Source of the DNA: Mobula hypostoma | Lineage: Eukaryota | Direction of reading: 5' to 3' | Length of the DNA: 64,000 nt | Assembly (NCBI RefSeq): GCF_963921235.1 | Contig: NC_086097.1 | Location: 101,744,001 to 101,808,000 of the forward strand | Notes under the pieces: generated by a model | The model's database searches: none | Seen by the model: only the letters and a program-made list of their open reading frames with translations | Told to the model about the DNA's origin: nothing | Program-made: the position numbers and the translations under genes | Part shown: positions 1 to 18,000 of the stretch, one piece after another | Layout of the letters: each line of letters opens with the position of its first letter | How positions within the stretch are numbered: position 1 is the stretch's first letter

Positions 1-3000
1 ACCCCATCACCCTGATTCCTACATACACTGTATAAACAGCCCAACACCCTGGTTCCTACACACACTGTATAAACACCCCATCACCCTGATTCCTACACAC
101 ACTGTATAAATAGCCCAACACCCTGGTTCCTACACACACTGTGTAAACACCCTATCACCCTGATTTCTCAGCGCACTGTATAAACACCCCATCACCCTGA
201 TTCCGACACACACTGTGTAAACAACACATCACCCTGATTCCTACACACTGTATAAACACCCCATCACCCTGATTCCAACATACACTGTATAAACAGTCCA
301 ACACCATGGTTCCTACACACACTGTATAAACAGCCCAACACCCTGGTTCCTACACACACTGTATAAACAGCCCAACACCCTGGTTCCTACACACACTGTA
401 TAAACAGCCCAACACCCTGGTTCCTACACACACTGAATAAACACCCCATCACCACGATTCCTGCACACGGTATAAACACCTCATCACCCTCGTTCCTACA
501 TACTGTATAAACACCACATCACCCTGATTCCTACACACACTGTGTAAACAACACATCACCCTGATTCCTACACACTGTATAAACACCTCATCACCCTGGT
601 TCCTACACACACCATATCAACACCCCATCACCCTGATTCCTACACACTGTGTAATCACCCAATCACCCCGGTTCCTACACAGACTAGATAAACACCCCAT
701 CACCCTGATTCCTACATACACTGTATAAACAGTCCAACAGCCTGGTTCCTACACACACTGTATAAACACCCATCACCCTGATTCATACACACACTGTATA
801 AACACACCATCACCATGAATGCGACACAATGTATAAACACCTCATCACCCTGGTTCCTATACAGACTAGATAAACACCCCATCACCCTGATTCCTATGTA
901 CACTGTATAAACAGCCCAACACCCTGGTTCCTACACACTGAATAAACACCCCATCACCACGATTCCTACACACGGTATAAACACCCCATCGCCCTCGTTC
1001 CTACACACTGTATAAACACCCCATCACCCTGATTCCGACACACTGAATAAACAGCCCATCACCACGATTCCTACACACGGTATAAACACCCCATCACCCT
1101 CGTTCCTACACACTGTAATGCGACACAATGTATAAACACCTCATCACCCTGGTTCCTATACAGACTAGATAAACACCCCATCGCCCTGGTTCCTACACAC
1201 ACTGTGTAAATACCCTATCACCCTGATTTCTCAGCACACTGTATAAACACTCTATCACCCTGATTCCGACAGATATTACTGTATAAACACCCTATCACCC
1301 TGATTCCTACACACACTGTATAAACACTCCATCACCCTCATTCCTACACAAACAGTATAAACACCCAATCACCCTGATTCCTACACACTGCACAAACGCC
1401 CCATCACCATGATTCCTACACACTGTATAAACAACACATCACTCTGATTTCTACACACAGTATAAACACCCATCACCCTCATTCCTACACACACAGTATT
1501 AACACCCAATCACCCTGATTCCTACACACTGTACAAACACCTCATCACCCTGGTTCCTACACATACCGTATCAACACCCCATCACCCTGATTCCTACACA
1601 CTGTGTAAACACCCCATCACCCCGGTTCCTACACACGCTGCATTAACACCCAATCACCATGATTCCTGCACAGACTATAGAAACACCCCATCACCCTGAT
1701 TCCTACAAACACTATATAAACAGCCGAACACCCTGATTCCTACACACACTGTGTAAACACCTCACCACACAGATTCTTATGTACACTGTATAAACAGCCG
1801 AACACCCAGGTTCCAACACACACTGTATAAACACCCCATCACCCTGATCCCGACACAGACTAGATAAACACCCCATCACCCTGATTCCTATGTACACTGT
1901 ATAAACAGCCCAACACCCTGATTCCTACATACACTGGATAAACAGTCCAACACCCTGGTTCCTACACACACTGTATAAACACCCATCACCCTGATTCATA
2001 CTACACACACTGTATAAACACACCATCACCATGATTGCTACACAATGTATAAAGACCTCATCAAGCTGGTTCCTACACAGACTAGATAAACACCCCATCA
2101 CCCTGATTCCTACATACACTGTATAAACAGCCCAACACCCTGGTTCCTACACACACTGTATAAACACCCCATCACCCTGATTCCTACACACACTGTATAA
2201 ATAGCCCAACACCCTGGTTCCTACACACACTGTGTAAACACCCTATCACCCTGATTTCTCAGCGCACTGTATAAACACCCCATCACCCTGATTCCGACAC
2301 ACACTGTGTAAACAACACATCACCCTGATTCCTACACACAGTATAAACACCTCAACACCCTGGTTCCTAGACAAACTAGATAAACACCCCATCACCCTGA
2401 TTCCTACACACTGAATAAACACCCCATCACCCTGATTCCAACATACACTGTATAAACAGTCCAACACCCTGGTTCCTACACACACTGTATAAACACCCCA
2501 TCACCCTGATTCCTACACACACTGTATAAATACACCATCACTATGATTGCTACACAATGTATAAACACCTCATCACCCTGGTTCCTACACAGACAAGATA
2601 AACACCCCATCACCCTGATTCCTACATACACTGTATAAACAGACCAACACCATGGTTCCTACACACACTGTATAAACAGCCCAACACCCTGGTTCCTACA
2701 CACACTGTATAAACAGCCCAACACCCTGGTTCCTACACACACTGTATAAACAGCCCAACACCCTGGTTCCTACACACACTGAATAAACACCCCATCACCA
2801 CGATTCCTGCACACGGTATAAACACCTCATCACCCTCGTTCCTACATACTGTATAAACACCACATCACCCTGATTCCTACACACACTGTGTAAACAACAC
2901 ATCACCCTGATTCCTACACACTGTATAAACACCTCATCACCCTGGTTCCTACACACACCATATCAACACCCCATCACCCTGATTCCTACACACTGTATAA

Positions 3001-6000
3001 ACACCCAATCACCCCGGTTCCTACACAGACTAGATAAACACCCCATCACCCTGATTCCTACATACACTGTATAAACAGTCCAACAGCCTGGTTCCTACAC
3101 ACACTGTATAAACACCCATTACCCTGATTCATACACACACTGTACCACACCCCCACCATGAATGCGACACAATGTATAAACACCTCATCACCCTGGTTCC
3201 TATACAGACTAGATAAACACCCCATCACCCTGATTCCTATGTACACTGTATAAACAGCCCAACACCCTGGTTCCTACACACTGAATAAACGCCCCATCAC
3301 CACGATTCCTACACACGGTATAAACACCCCATCGCCCTCGTTCCTACACACTGTATAAACACCCCATCACCCTGATTCCGACACACTGAATAAACACCCC
3401 ATCACCACGATTCCTACACACGGTATAAACACCCCATCACCCTCGTTCCTACACACTGTAATGCGACACAATGTATAAACACCACATCACCCTGATTCCT
3501 ACACACACTGTATAAACACCCCATCGCCCTGGTTCCTACACACACTGTGTAAACACCCTATCACCCTGATTTCTCAGCACACTGTATAAACACTCTATCA
3601 CCCTGATTCCGACAGATACTGTATAAACACCCTATCACCCTGATTCCTACACACACTGTATAAACACTCCATCACCCTCATTCCAACACAAACAGTATAA
3701 ACACCCAATCACCCTGATTCCTACACACTGCACAAACGCCCCATCACCATGATTCCTACACACTGTATAAACAACACATCACCCTGATTTCTACACACAG
3801 TATAAACACCCATCACACTCATTCCTACACACACAGTATTAACACCCAATCACCCTGATTCCTACACACTGTACAAACACCTCATCACCCTGGTTCCTAC
3901 ACATACCGTATCAACACCCCATCACCCTGATTCCTACACACTGTGTAAACACCCCATCACCCCGGTTCCTACACACGCTGCATTAACACCCAATCACCAT
4001 GATTCCTACAAACACTGCATAAACAGCCCTACACCCTGATTCCTACACACACTGTGTAAACACCTCACCACACAGATTCTTATGTACACTGTATAAACAG
4101 CCGAACACCCAGGTTCCAACACACACTGTATAAACACCCCATCACCCTGATCCCGACACAGACTAGATAAACACCCCATCACCCTGATTCCTACATACAC
4201 TGAATAAACACCCCATCACCACGATTCCTACACACTGTATAAACACCCCATCACCCTGATTCCTACACACACTGTATAAATACACCATCACTATGATTGC
4301 TACACAATGTATAAACACCTCATCACCCTGGTTCCTACACAGACTAGATAAACACCCCATCACCCTGATTCCTACATACACTGTATAAACAGCCCAACAC
4401 CCTGGTTCCTAAACACTGAATAAACACCCCATCACCACGATTCCTACACACGGTATAAACACCCCATCGCCCTCGTTCCTACACACTGTATAAACACCAC
4501 ATCACCCTGATTCCTACACACACTGTATAAACACCCCATCGCCCTGGTTCCTACACACACTGTGTAAACACCCTATTATCCTGATTCCGACACACACTGT
4601 GTAAACAACACATCACCCTGATTCCTACACACTGTACAAACACCTCATCACCCTGGTTCCTACACACACTGTATAAACACCCCATCACCCTGATTCCTAC
4701 ACACACTGTATAAACACACCATCACCATGATTGCTACACAATGTATAAACACCTCATCACCCTGGTTCCTACACAGACTAGATAAACACCCCATCACCCT
4801 GATTCCTGCATACACTGTATAAACAGCCCAACACCCTGGTTCCTACACACACTGTATAAACACACCATCACCATGATTGCTACACAATGTATAAACACCT
4901 CATCACCCTGGTTCCTACACAGACTAGATAAACACCCCATCACCCTGATTCCTACATACACTGAATAAACACCCCATCACCACGATTCCTACACACTGTA
5001 TAAACACCCCATCACCCTGATTCCTACACACACTGTATAAATACACCATCACTATGATTGCTGCACAATGTAAAAACACCTCATCACCCTGATTCCGACA
5101 CACACTGTGTAAACAACACATCACCCTGATTCCTACACACTGTACAAACACCTCATCACCCTGGTTCCTACACACACTGTATAAACACCACATCACCCTG
5201 ATTCCTACATACACTGTATAAACAGCCCAACACCCTGGTTCCTACACACACTGTATAAACACCCATCACCCTGATTCATACACACACTATATAAACACAC
5301 CATCACCATGATTGCTACACAATGTATAAACACCTCATCACCCTTGTTCCTACACAGACTAGATAAACACCCCATCACTCTGATTCCTATGTACACTGTA
5401 TAAACAGCCCAACACCCTGGTTCCTACACACACTGTATAAACACCCATCGCCCTGATTCATACACACACTGTATAAACACACCATCACCATGATTGCTAC
5501 ACAATGTATAAACACCTCATCACCCTGGTTCCTACACAGACAAGATAAACACCCCATCACCCTGATTCCTACATACACTGTATAAACAGACCAACACCAT
5601 GGTTCCTACACACACTGTAAAAACAGCCCAACACCCTGGTTCCTACACACACTGTATAAACAGCCCAACACCCTGGTTCCTACACACACTGTATAAATAC
5701 ACCATCACCATGATTGCTACACAATGTATAAACACCTCATCACCCTGGTTCCTACACAGACAAGATAAACACCCCATCACCCTGATTCCTACATACACTG
5801 TATAAACAGCCCAACACCCTGGTTCCTACACACACTGTATAAATACACCATCACCATGATTGCTACACAATGTATAAAAACCTCATCACCTGGTTCCTAC
5901 ACAGACAAGATAAACACCCCATCACCCTGATTCCTACATACACTGTATAAACAGCCCAACACCCTGGTTCCTACACACACTGAATAAACACCCCATCACC

Positions 6001-9000
6001 ACGATTCCTACACATGGTATAAACACCCCATCACCCTCGTTCCTACACACTGTATAAACACCACATCACCCTGATTCCTACACACACTGTGTAAACACCC
6101 TATCACCCTGATTTCTCAGCACACTGTATAAACACCCATCACCCTGATTCATACACACACTGTATAAACACACCATCACCATGAATGCTACACACTGTAT
6201 AAACACCTCATCACCCTGGTTCCTACACAGACTAGATAAACACCCCATCACCCTGATTCCTATGTACACTGTATAAACAGCCCAACATCCTGGTTCCTAC
6301 ACACTGAATAAACACCCCATCACCACGATTCCTACACACGGTATAAACACTCCATCGCCCTCGTTCCTACACACTGAATAAACACCCCATCACCACGATT
6401 CCTACACACGGTATAAACACCCCATCACCCTCGTTCCTACACACTGTATAAACACCACATCACCCTGATTCCTACACACACTGTATAAACACCCCATCGC
6501 CCTGGTTCCTACACACACTGTGTAAACACCCTATCACCCTGATTTCTCAGCACACTGTATAAACACCCTATCACCCTGATTCCGACAGATACTGTATAAA
6601 CACCCAATCACCCTGATTCCTACACACTGCACAAACGCCCCATCACCATGATTCCTACCCACTGTATAAACACCCCATCACCCTGATTCCGACACACACT
6701 GTATAAACAACACATCACCCTGATTTCGACACACAGTATAAACACCCATCACCCTCATTCCTACACACACAGTATTAACACCCAATCACCCTGATTCCTA
6801 CACACTGTACAAACACCTCATCACCCTGGTTCCTACACATATCGTATCAACACCCCATCACCCTGATTCCGACACACTGTGTAAACACCCCATCACCTCG
6901 GTTCCTACACACACTGCAGTAACACCCAATCACCATGATTCCTGCACAGACTATATAAACACCCCATCACCCTGATTCCAACACACACTGTATAAATACA
7001 CCATCACTATGATTGCTACACAATGTAAAAACACCTCATCACCCTGGTTCCTACACAGACTTGATAAACACCCCATCACCCTGATTCCTACATACACTGT
7101 ATAAACAGCCCAACACCCTGGTTCCTACACACTGAATAAACACCCCATCACCACGATTCCTACACACGGTATAAACACCCCATCGCCCTCGTTCCTACAC
7201 ACTGTATAAACACCACATCACCCTGATTCCTACACACACTGTATAAACACCCCATCACCCTGATTCCTACATACACTGTATAAACAGCCCAACACCCTGC
7301 TTCCTACACACACTGTATAAACACCCATCACCCTGATTCATACACACACTATATAAACACACCATCACCATGATTGCTACACAATGTATAAACACCTCAT
7401 CACCCTGGTTCCTACACAGACTAGATAAACACCCCATCACTCTGATTCCTATGTACACTGTATAAACAGCCCAACACCCTGGTTCCTACACACACTGTAT
7501 AAACACCCATCGCCCTGATTCATACACACACTGTAGAAAAACACCATCACCATGATTGCTACACAATGTATAAACACCTCATCACCCTGGTTCCTACACA
7601 GACAAGATAAACACCCCATCACCCTGATTCCTACATACACTGTATAAACAGCCCAACACCCTGGTTCCTACACACACTGTATAAACACCCCATCACCCTG
7701 ATTCCTACACACACTGTATAAATACACCATCACTATGATTGCTACACAATGTATAAACACCTCATCTGGGCTGTTTATACAGTGTGTGTAGGAACCATGG
7801 TGTTGGTCTGTTTATACAGTTTATGTAGGAATCAGGGTGATGGGGTGTTTATCTTGTATAAACAGACCAACACCATGGTTCCTACACACACTGTATAAAC
7901 AGCCCAACACCCTGGTTCCTACACACACTGTATAAACAGCCCAACACCCTGGTTCCTACACACACTGTATAAACAGCCCAACACCCTGGTTCCTACACAC
8001 ACTGTATAAACACCTCATCACCCTGATTCCGACACACACTGTGTAAACAACACATCACCCTGATTCCTACACACTGTACAAACACCTCATCACCCTGGTT
8101 CCTACACACACTGTATAAACACCACATCACCCTGATTCCTACATACACTGTATAAACAGCCCAACACCCTGGTTCCTACACACACTGTATAAACACCCAT
8201 CACCCTGATTCATACACACACTATATAAACACACCATCACCATGATTGCTACACAATGTATAAACACCTCATCACCCTTGTTCCTACACAGACTAGATAA
8301 ACACCCCATCACTCTGATTCCTATGTACACTGTATAAACAGCCCAACACCCTGGTTCCTACACACACTGTATAAACACCCATCGCCCTGATTCATACACA
8401 CACTGTATAAACACACCATCACCATGATTGCTACACAATGTATAAACACCTCATCACCCTGGTTCCTACACAGACAAGATAAACACCCCATCACCCTGAT
8501 TCCTACATACACTGTATAAACAGACCAACACCATGGTTCCTACACACACTGTAAAAACAGCCCAACACCCTGGTTCCTACACACACTGTATAAACAGCCC
8601 AACACCCTGGTTCCTACACACACTGTATAAATACACCATCACCATGATTGCTACACAATGTATAAACACCTCATCACCCTGGTTCCTACACAGACAAGAT
8701 AAACACCCCATCACCCTGATTCCTACATACACTGTATAAACAGCCCAACACCCTGGTTCCTACACACACTGTATAAATACACCATCACCATGATTGCTAC
8801 ACAATGTATAAAAACCTCATCACCTGGTTCCTACACAGACAAGATAAACACCCCATCACCCTGATTCCTACATACACTGTATAAACAGCCCAACACCCTG
8901 GTTCCTACACACACTGAATAAACACCCCATCACCACGATTCCTACACATGGTATAAACACCCCATCACCCTCGTTCCTACACACTGTATAAACACCACAT

Positions 9001-12000
9001 CACCCTGATTCCTACACACACTGTGTAAACACCCTATCACCCTGATTTCTCAGCACACTGTATAAACACCCATCACCCTGATTCATACACACACTGTATA
9101 AACACACCATCACCATGAATGCTACACACTGTATAAACACCTCATCACCCTGGTTCCTACACAGACTAGATAAACACCCCATCACCCTGATTCCTATGTA
9201 CACTGTATAAACAGCCCAACATCCTGGTTCCTACACACTGAATAAACACCCCATCACCACGATTCCTACACACGGTATAAACACTCCATCGCCCTCGTTC
9301 CTACACACTGAATAAACACCCCATCACCACGATTCCTACACACGGTATAAACACCCCATCACCCTCGTTCCTACACACTGTATAAACACCACATCACCCT
9401 GATTCCTACACACACTGTATAAACACCCCATCGCCCTGGTTCCTACACACACTGTGTAAACACCCTATCACCCTGATTTCTCAGCACACTGTATAAACAC
9501 CCTATCACCCTGATTCCGACAGATACTGTATAAACACCCAATCACCCTGATTCCTACACACTGCACAAACGCCCCATCACCATGATTCCTACCCACTGTA
9601 TAAACACCCCATCACCCTGATTCCGACACACACTGTATAAACAACACATCACCCTGATTTCGACACACAGTATAAACACCCATCACCCTCATTCCTACAC
9701 ACACAGTATTAACACCCAATCACCCTGATTCCTACACACTGTACAAACACCTCATCACCCTGGTTCCTACACATACCGTATCAACACCCCATCACCCTGA
9801 TTCCGACACACTGTGTAAACACCCCATCACCTCGGTTCCTACACACACTGCAGTAACACCCAATCACCATGATTCCTGCACAGACTATATAAACACCCCA
9901 TCACCCTGATTCCAACACACACTGTATAAATACACCATCACTATGATTGCTACACAATGTAAAAACACCTCATCACCCTGGTTCCTACACAGACTTGATA
10001 AACACCCCATCACCCTGATTCCTACATACACTGTATAAACAGCCCAACACCCTGGTTCCTACACACTGAATAAACACCCCATCACCACGATTCCTACACA
10101 CGGTATAAACACCCCATCGCCCTCGTTCCTACACACTGTATAAACACCACATCACCCTGATTCCTACACACACTGTATAAACACCCCATCACCCTGATTC
10201 CTACATACACTGTATAAACAGCCCAACACCCTGCTTCCTACACACACTGTATAAACACCCATCACCCTGATTCATACACACACTATATAAACACACCATC
10301 ACCATGATTGCTACACAATGTATAAACACCTCATCACCCTGGTTCCTACACAGACTAGATAAACACCCCATCACTCTGATTCCTATGTACACTGTATAAA
10401 CAGCCCAACACCCTGGTTCCTACACACACTGTATAAACACCCATCGCCCTGATTCATACACACACTGTAGAAAAACACCATCACCATGATTGCTACACAA
10501 TGTATAAACACCTCATCACCCTGGTTCCTACACAGACAAGATAAACACCCCATCACCCTGATTCCTACATACACTGTATAAACAGCCCAACACCCTGGTT
10601 CCTACACACACTGTATAAACACCCCATCACCCTGATTCCTACACACACTGTATAAATACACCATCACTATGATTGCTACACAATGTATAAACACCTCATC
10701 TGGGCTGTTTATACAGTGTGTGTAGGAACCATGGTGTTGGTCTGTTTATACAGTTTATGTAGGAATCAGGGTGATGGGGTGTTTATCTTGTATAAACAGA
10801 CCAACACCATGGTTCCTACACACACTGTATAAACAGCCCAACACCCTGGTTCCTACACACACTGTATAAACAGCCCAACACCCTGGTTCCTACACACACT
10901 GTATAAACAGCCCAACACCCTGGTTCCTACACACACTGAATAAACACCCCATCACCACGATTCCTGCACACGGTATAAACACCTCATCACCCTCGTTCCT
11001 ACATACTGTATAAACACCACATCACCCTGATTCCTACACACACTGTGTAAACAACACATCACCCTGATTCCTACACACTGTATAAACACCTCATCACCCT
11101 GGTTCCTACACACACCATATCAACACCCCATCACCCTGATTCCTACACACTGTATAAACACCCAATCACCCCGGTTCCTACACAGACTAGATAAACACCC
11201 CATCACCCTGATTCCTACATACACTGTATAAACAGTCCAACAGCCTGGTTCCTACACACACTGTATAAATACACCATCACCATGATTGCTACACAATGTA
11301 TAAAAACCTCATCACCTGGTTCCTACACAGACAAGATAAACACCCCATCACCCTGATTCCTACATACACTGTATAAACAGCCCAACACCCTGGTTCCTAC
11401 ACACACTGAATAAACACCCCATCACCACGATTCCTACACATGGTATAAACACCCCATCACCCTCGTTCCTACACACTGTATAAACACCACATCACCCTGA
11501 TTCCTACACACACTGTGTAAACACCCTATCACCCTGATTTCTCAGCACACTGTATAAACACCCATCACCCTGATTCATACACACACTGTATAAACACACC
11601 ATCACCATGAATGCTACACACTGTATAAACACCTCATCACCCTGGTTCCTACACAGACTAGATAAACACCCCATCACCCTGATTCCTATGTACACTGTAT
11701 AAACAGCCCAACATCCTGGTTCCTACACACTGAATAAACACCCCATCACCACGATTCCTACACACGGTATAAACACTCCATCGCCCTCGTTCCTACACAC
11801 TGAATAAACACCCCATCACCACGATTCCTACACACGGTATAAACACCCCATCACCCTCGTTCCTACACACTGTATAAACACCACATCACCCTGATTCCTA
11901 CACACACTGTATAAACACCCCATCGCCCTGGTTCCTACACACACTGTGTAAACACCCTATCACCCTGATTTCTCAGCACACTGTATAAACACCCTATCAC

Positions 12001-15000
12001 CCTGATTCCGACAGATACTGTATAAACACCCAATCACCCTGATTCCTACACACTGCACAAACGCCCCATCACCATGATTCCTACCCACTGTATAAACACC
12101 CCATCACCCTGATTCCGACACACACTGTATAAACACCACATCACCCTGATTTCGACAAACAGTATAAACACCCATCACCCTCATTCCTACACACACAGTA
12201 TTAACACCCAATCACCCTGATTCCTACACACTGTACAAACACCTCATCACCCTGGTTCCTACACATACCGTATCAACACCCCATCACCCTGATTCCTACA
12301 CACTGTGTAAACACCCCATCACCCCGGTTCCTACACACACTGCAGTAACACCCAATCACCATGATTCCTGCACAGACTATATAAACACCCCATCACCCTG
12401 ATTCCTACACACACTGTATAAATACACCATCACTATGATTGCTACACAATGTAAAAACACCTCATCACCCTGGTTCCTACACAGACTTGATAAACACCCC
12501 ATCACCCTGATTCCTACATACACTGTATAAACAGCCCAACACCCTGGTTCCTACACACTGAATAAACACCCCATCACCACGATTCCTACACACGGTATAA
12601 ACACCCCATCGCCCTCGTTCCTACACACTGTATAAACACCACATCACCCTGATTCCTACACACACTGTATAAACACCCCATCGCCCTGGTTCCTACACAA
12701 ACTGTGTAAACACCCTATTACCCTGATTTCTCAGCACACTTTATAAACACCCCATCACCCTGATTCCGACACACACTGTGTAAACAACACATCACCCTGA
12801 TTCCTACACACTGTACAAACACCTCATCACCCTGGTTCCTACACACACTGTATAAACACCCCATCACCCTGATTCCCACATACACTGTATAAACAGCCCA
12901 ACACCCTGCTTCCTACACACACTGTATAAACACCCATCACCCTGATTCATACACACACTATATAAACACACCATCACCATGATTGCTACACAATGTATAA
13001 ACACCTCATCACCCTGGTTCCTACACAGACTAGATAAACACCCCATCACTCTGATTCCTATGTACACTGTATAAACAGCCCAACACCCTGGTTCCTACAC
13101 ACACTGTATAAACACCCATCGCCCTGATTCATACACACACTGTATAAAAACACCATCACCATGATTGCTACACAATGTATAAACACATCATCACCCTGGT
13201 TCCTGCACAGACAAGATAAACACCCCATCACCCTGATTCCTACATACACTGTATAAACAGCCCAACACCCTGGTTCCTACACACACTGTATAAACACCCC
13301 ATCACCCTGATTCCTACACACACTGTATAAATACACCATCACTATGATTGCTACACAATGTATAAACACCTCATCTGGGCTGTTTATACAGTGTGTGTAG
13401 GAACCATGGTGTTGGTCTGTTTATACAGTGTATGTAGGTATCAGGGTGATGGGGTGTTTATCTTGTATAAACTGTCCAACACCATGCTTCCTACACACAC
13501 TGTATAAACAGCCCAACACCCTGGTTCCTACACACACTGTATAAACAGCCCAACACCCTGGTTCCTACACACACTGAATAAACGCCCCATCACCACGATT
13601 CCGGCACACGGTATAAACACCTCATCACCCTCGTTCCTACATACTGTATAAACACCACATCACCCTGATTCCTACACACACTGTGTAAACAACACATCAC
13701 CCTGATTCCTACACACTGTATAAACACCTCATCACCCTGGTTCCTACACACACCATATCAACACCCCATCACCCTGATTCCTACACACTGTATAAACACC
13801 CAATCACCCCGGTTCCTACACAGACTAGATAAACACCCCATCACCCTGATTCCTACATACACTGTATAAACAGTCCAACAGCCTGGTTCCTACACACACT
13901 GTGTAAACACCCTATTACCCTGATTTCTCAGCACACTGTATAAACACCCCATCACCCTGATTCCGACACACACTGTGTAAACAACACATCACCCTGATTC
14001 CTACACACTGTACAAACACCTCATCACCCTGGTTCCTACACACACTGTATAAACACCCCATCACCCTGATTCCTACATACACTGCATAAACAGCCCAACA
14101 CCCTGCTTCCTACACACACTGTATAAACACCCATCACCCTGATTCATACACACACTGTATAAACACACCATCACCATGATTGCTACACAATGTATAAACA
14201 CCTCATCACCCTGGTTCCTACACAGACTAGATAAACACCCCATCACCCTGATTCCTACATACACTGAATAAACACCCCATCACCACGATTCCTACACACT
14301 GTATAAACACCCCATCACCCTGATTCCTACACACACTGTATAAATACACCATCACTATGATTGCTGCACAATGTAAAAACACCTCATCACCCTGATTCCG
14401 ACACACACTGTGTAAACAACACATCACCCTGATTCCTACACACTGTACAAACACCTCATCACCCTGGTTCCTACACACACTGTATAAACACCACATCACC
14501 CTGATTCCTACATACACTGTATAAACAGCCCAACACCCTGCTTCCTACACACACTGTATAAACACCCATCACCCTGATTCATACACACACTATATAAACA
14601 CACCATCACCATGATTGCTACACAATGTATAAACACCTCATCACCCTGGTTCCTACACAGACTAGATAAACACCCCATCACTCTGATTCCTATGTACACT
14701 GTATAAACAGCCCAACACCCTGGTTCCTACACACACTGTATAAACACCCATCGCCCTGATTCATACACACACTGTATAAACACACCATCACCATGATTGC
14801 TACACAATGTATAAACACCTCATCACCCTGGTTCCTACACAGACAAGATAAACACCCCATCACCCTGATTCCTACATACACTGTATAAACAGACCAACAC
14901 CATGGTTCCTACACACACTGTAAAAACAGCCCAACACCCTGGTTCCTACACACACTGTATAAACAGCCCAACACCCTGGTTCCTACACACACTGTATAAA

Positions 15001-18000
15001 TACACCATCACCATGATTGCTACACAATGTATAAACACCTCATCACCCTGGTTCCTACACGGACAAGATAAACACCCCATCACCCTGATTCCTACATACA
15101 CTGTATAAACAGCCCAACACCCTGGTTCCTATACACACTGTATAAATACACCATCACCATGATTGCTACACAATGTATAAAAACCTCATCACCTGGTTCC
15201 TACACAGACAAGATAAACACCCCATCACCCTGATTCCTACATACACTGTATAAACAGCCCAACACCCTGGTTCCTACACACACTGAATAAACACCCCATC
15301 ACCACGATTCCTACACATGGTATAAACACCCCATCACCCTCGTTCCTACACACTGTATAAACACCACATCACCCTGATTCCTACACACACTGTGTAAACA
15401 CCCTATCACCCTGATTTCTCAGCACACTGTATAAACACCCATCACCCTGATTCATACACACACTGTATAAACACACCATCACCATGAATGCTACACACTG
15501 TATAAACACCTCATCACCCTGGTTCCTACACAGACTAGATAAACACCCCATCACCCTGATTCCTATGTACACTGTATAAACAGCCCAACATCCTGGTTCC
15601 TACACACTGAATAAACACCCCATCACCACGATTCCTACACACGGTATAAACACTCCATCGCCCTCGTTCCTACACACTGAATAAACACCCCATCACCACG
15701 ATTCCTACACACGGTATAAACACCCCATCACCCTCGTTCCTACACACTGTATAAACACCACATCACCCTGATTCCTACACACACTGTATAAACACCCCAT
15801 CGCCCTGGTTCCTACACACACTGTGTAAACACCCTATCACCCTGATTTCTCAGCACACTGTATAAACACCCTATCACCCTGATTCCGACAGATACTGTAT
15901 AAACACCCAATCACCCTGATTCCTACACACTGCACAAACGCCCCATCACCATGATTCCTACCCACTGTATAAACACCCCATCACCCTGATTCCGACACAC
16001 ACTGTATAAACACCACATCACCCTGATTTCGACAAACAGTATAAACACCCATCACCCTCATTCCTACACACACAGTATTAACACCCAATCACCCTGATTC
16101 CTACACACTGTACAAACACCTCATCACCCTGGTTCCTACACATACCGTATCAACACCCCATCACCCTGATTCCTACACACTGTGTAAACACCCCATCACC
16201 CCGGTTCCTACACACACTGCAGTAACACCCAATCACCATGATTCCTGCACAGACTATATAAACACCCCATCACCCTGATTCCTACACACACTGTATAAAT
16301 ACACCATCACTATGATTGCTACACAATGTAAAAACACCTCATCACCCTGGTTCCTACACAGACTTGATAAACACCCCATCACCCTGATTCCTACATACAC
16401 TGTATAAACAGCCCAACACCCTGGTTCCTACACACTGAATAAACACCCCATCACCACGATTCCTACACACGGTATAAACACCCCATCGCCCTCGTTCCTA
16501 CACACTGTATAAACACCACATCACCCTGATTCCTACACACACTGTATAAACACCCCATCGCCCTGGTTCCTACAGAAACTGTGTAAACACCCTATTACCC
16601 TGATTTCTCAGCACACTTTATAAACACCCCATCACCCTGATTCCGACACACACGGTGTAAACAACACATCACCCTGATTCCTACACACTGTACAAACACC
16701 TCATCACCCTGGTTCCTACACACACTGTATAAACACCCCATCACCCTGATTCCGACATACACTGTATAAACAGCCCAACACCCTGCTTCCTACACACACT
16801 GTATAAACACCCATCACCCTGATTCATACACACACTATATAAACACACCATCACCATGATTGCTACACAATGTATAAACACCTCATCACCCTGGTTCCTA
16901 CACAGACTAGATAAACACCCCATCACTCTGATTCCTATGTACACTGTATAAACAGCCCAACACCCTGGTTCCTACACACACTGTATAAACACCCATCGCC
17001 CTGATTCATACACACACTGTAGAAAAACACCATCACCATGATTGCTACACAATGTATAAACACCTCATCACCCTGGTTCCTACACAGACAAGATAAACAC
17101 CCCATCACCCTGATTCCTACATACACTGTATAAACAGCCCAACACCCTGGTTCCTACACACACTGTATAAACACCCCATCACCCTGATTCCTACACACAC
17201 TGTATAAATACACCATCACTATGATTGCTACACAATGTATAAACACCTCATCTGGGCTGTTTATACAGTGTGTGTAGGAACCATGGTGTTGGTCTGTTTA
17301 TACAGTGTATGTAGGAATCAGGGTGATGGGGTGTTTATCTTGTATAAACAGACCAACACCATGGTTCCTACACACACTGTATAAACAGCCCAACACCCTG
17401 GTTCCTACACACACTGTATAAACAGCCCAACACCCTGGTTCCTACACACACTGTATAAACAGCCCAACACCCTGGTTCCTACACACACTGAATAAACACC
17501 CCATCACCACGATTCCTGCACACGGTATAAACACCTCATCACCCTCGTTCCTACATACTGTATAAACACCACATCACCCTGATTCCTACACACACTGTGT
17601 AAACAACACATCACCCTGATTCCTACACACTGTATAAACACCTCATCACCCTGGTTCCTACACACACCATATCAACACCCCATCACCCTGATTCCTACAC
17701 ACTGTATAAACACCCAATCACCCCGGTTCCTACACAGACTAGATAAACACCCCATCACCCTGATTCCTACATACACTGTATAAACAGTCCAACAGCATGG
17801 TTCCTACACACACTGTGTAAACACCCTATTACCCTGATTTCTCAGCACACTGTATAAACACCCCATCACCCTGATTCCGACACACACTGTGTAAACAACA
17901 CATCACCCTGATTCCCACACACTGTACAAACACCTCATCACCCTGGTTCCTACACACACTGTATAAACACCCCATCACCCTGATTCCTACATACACTGTA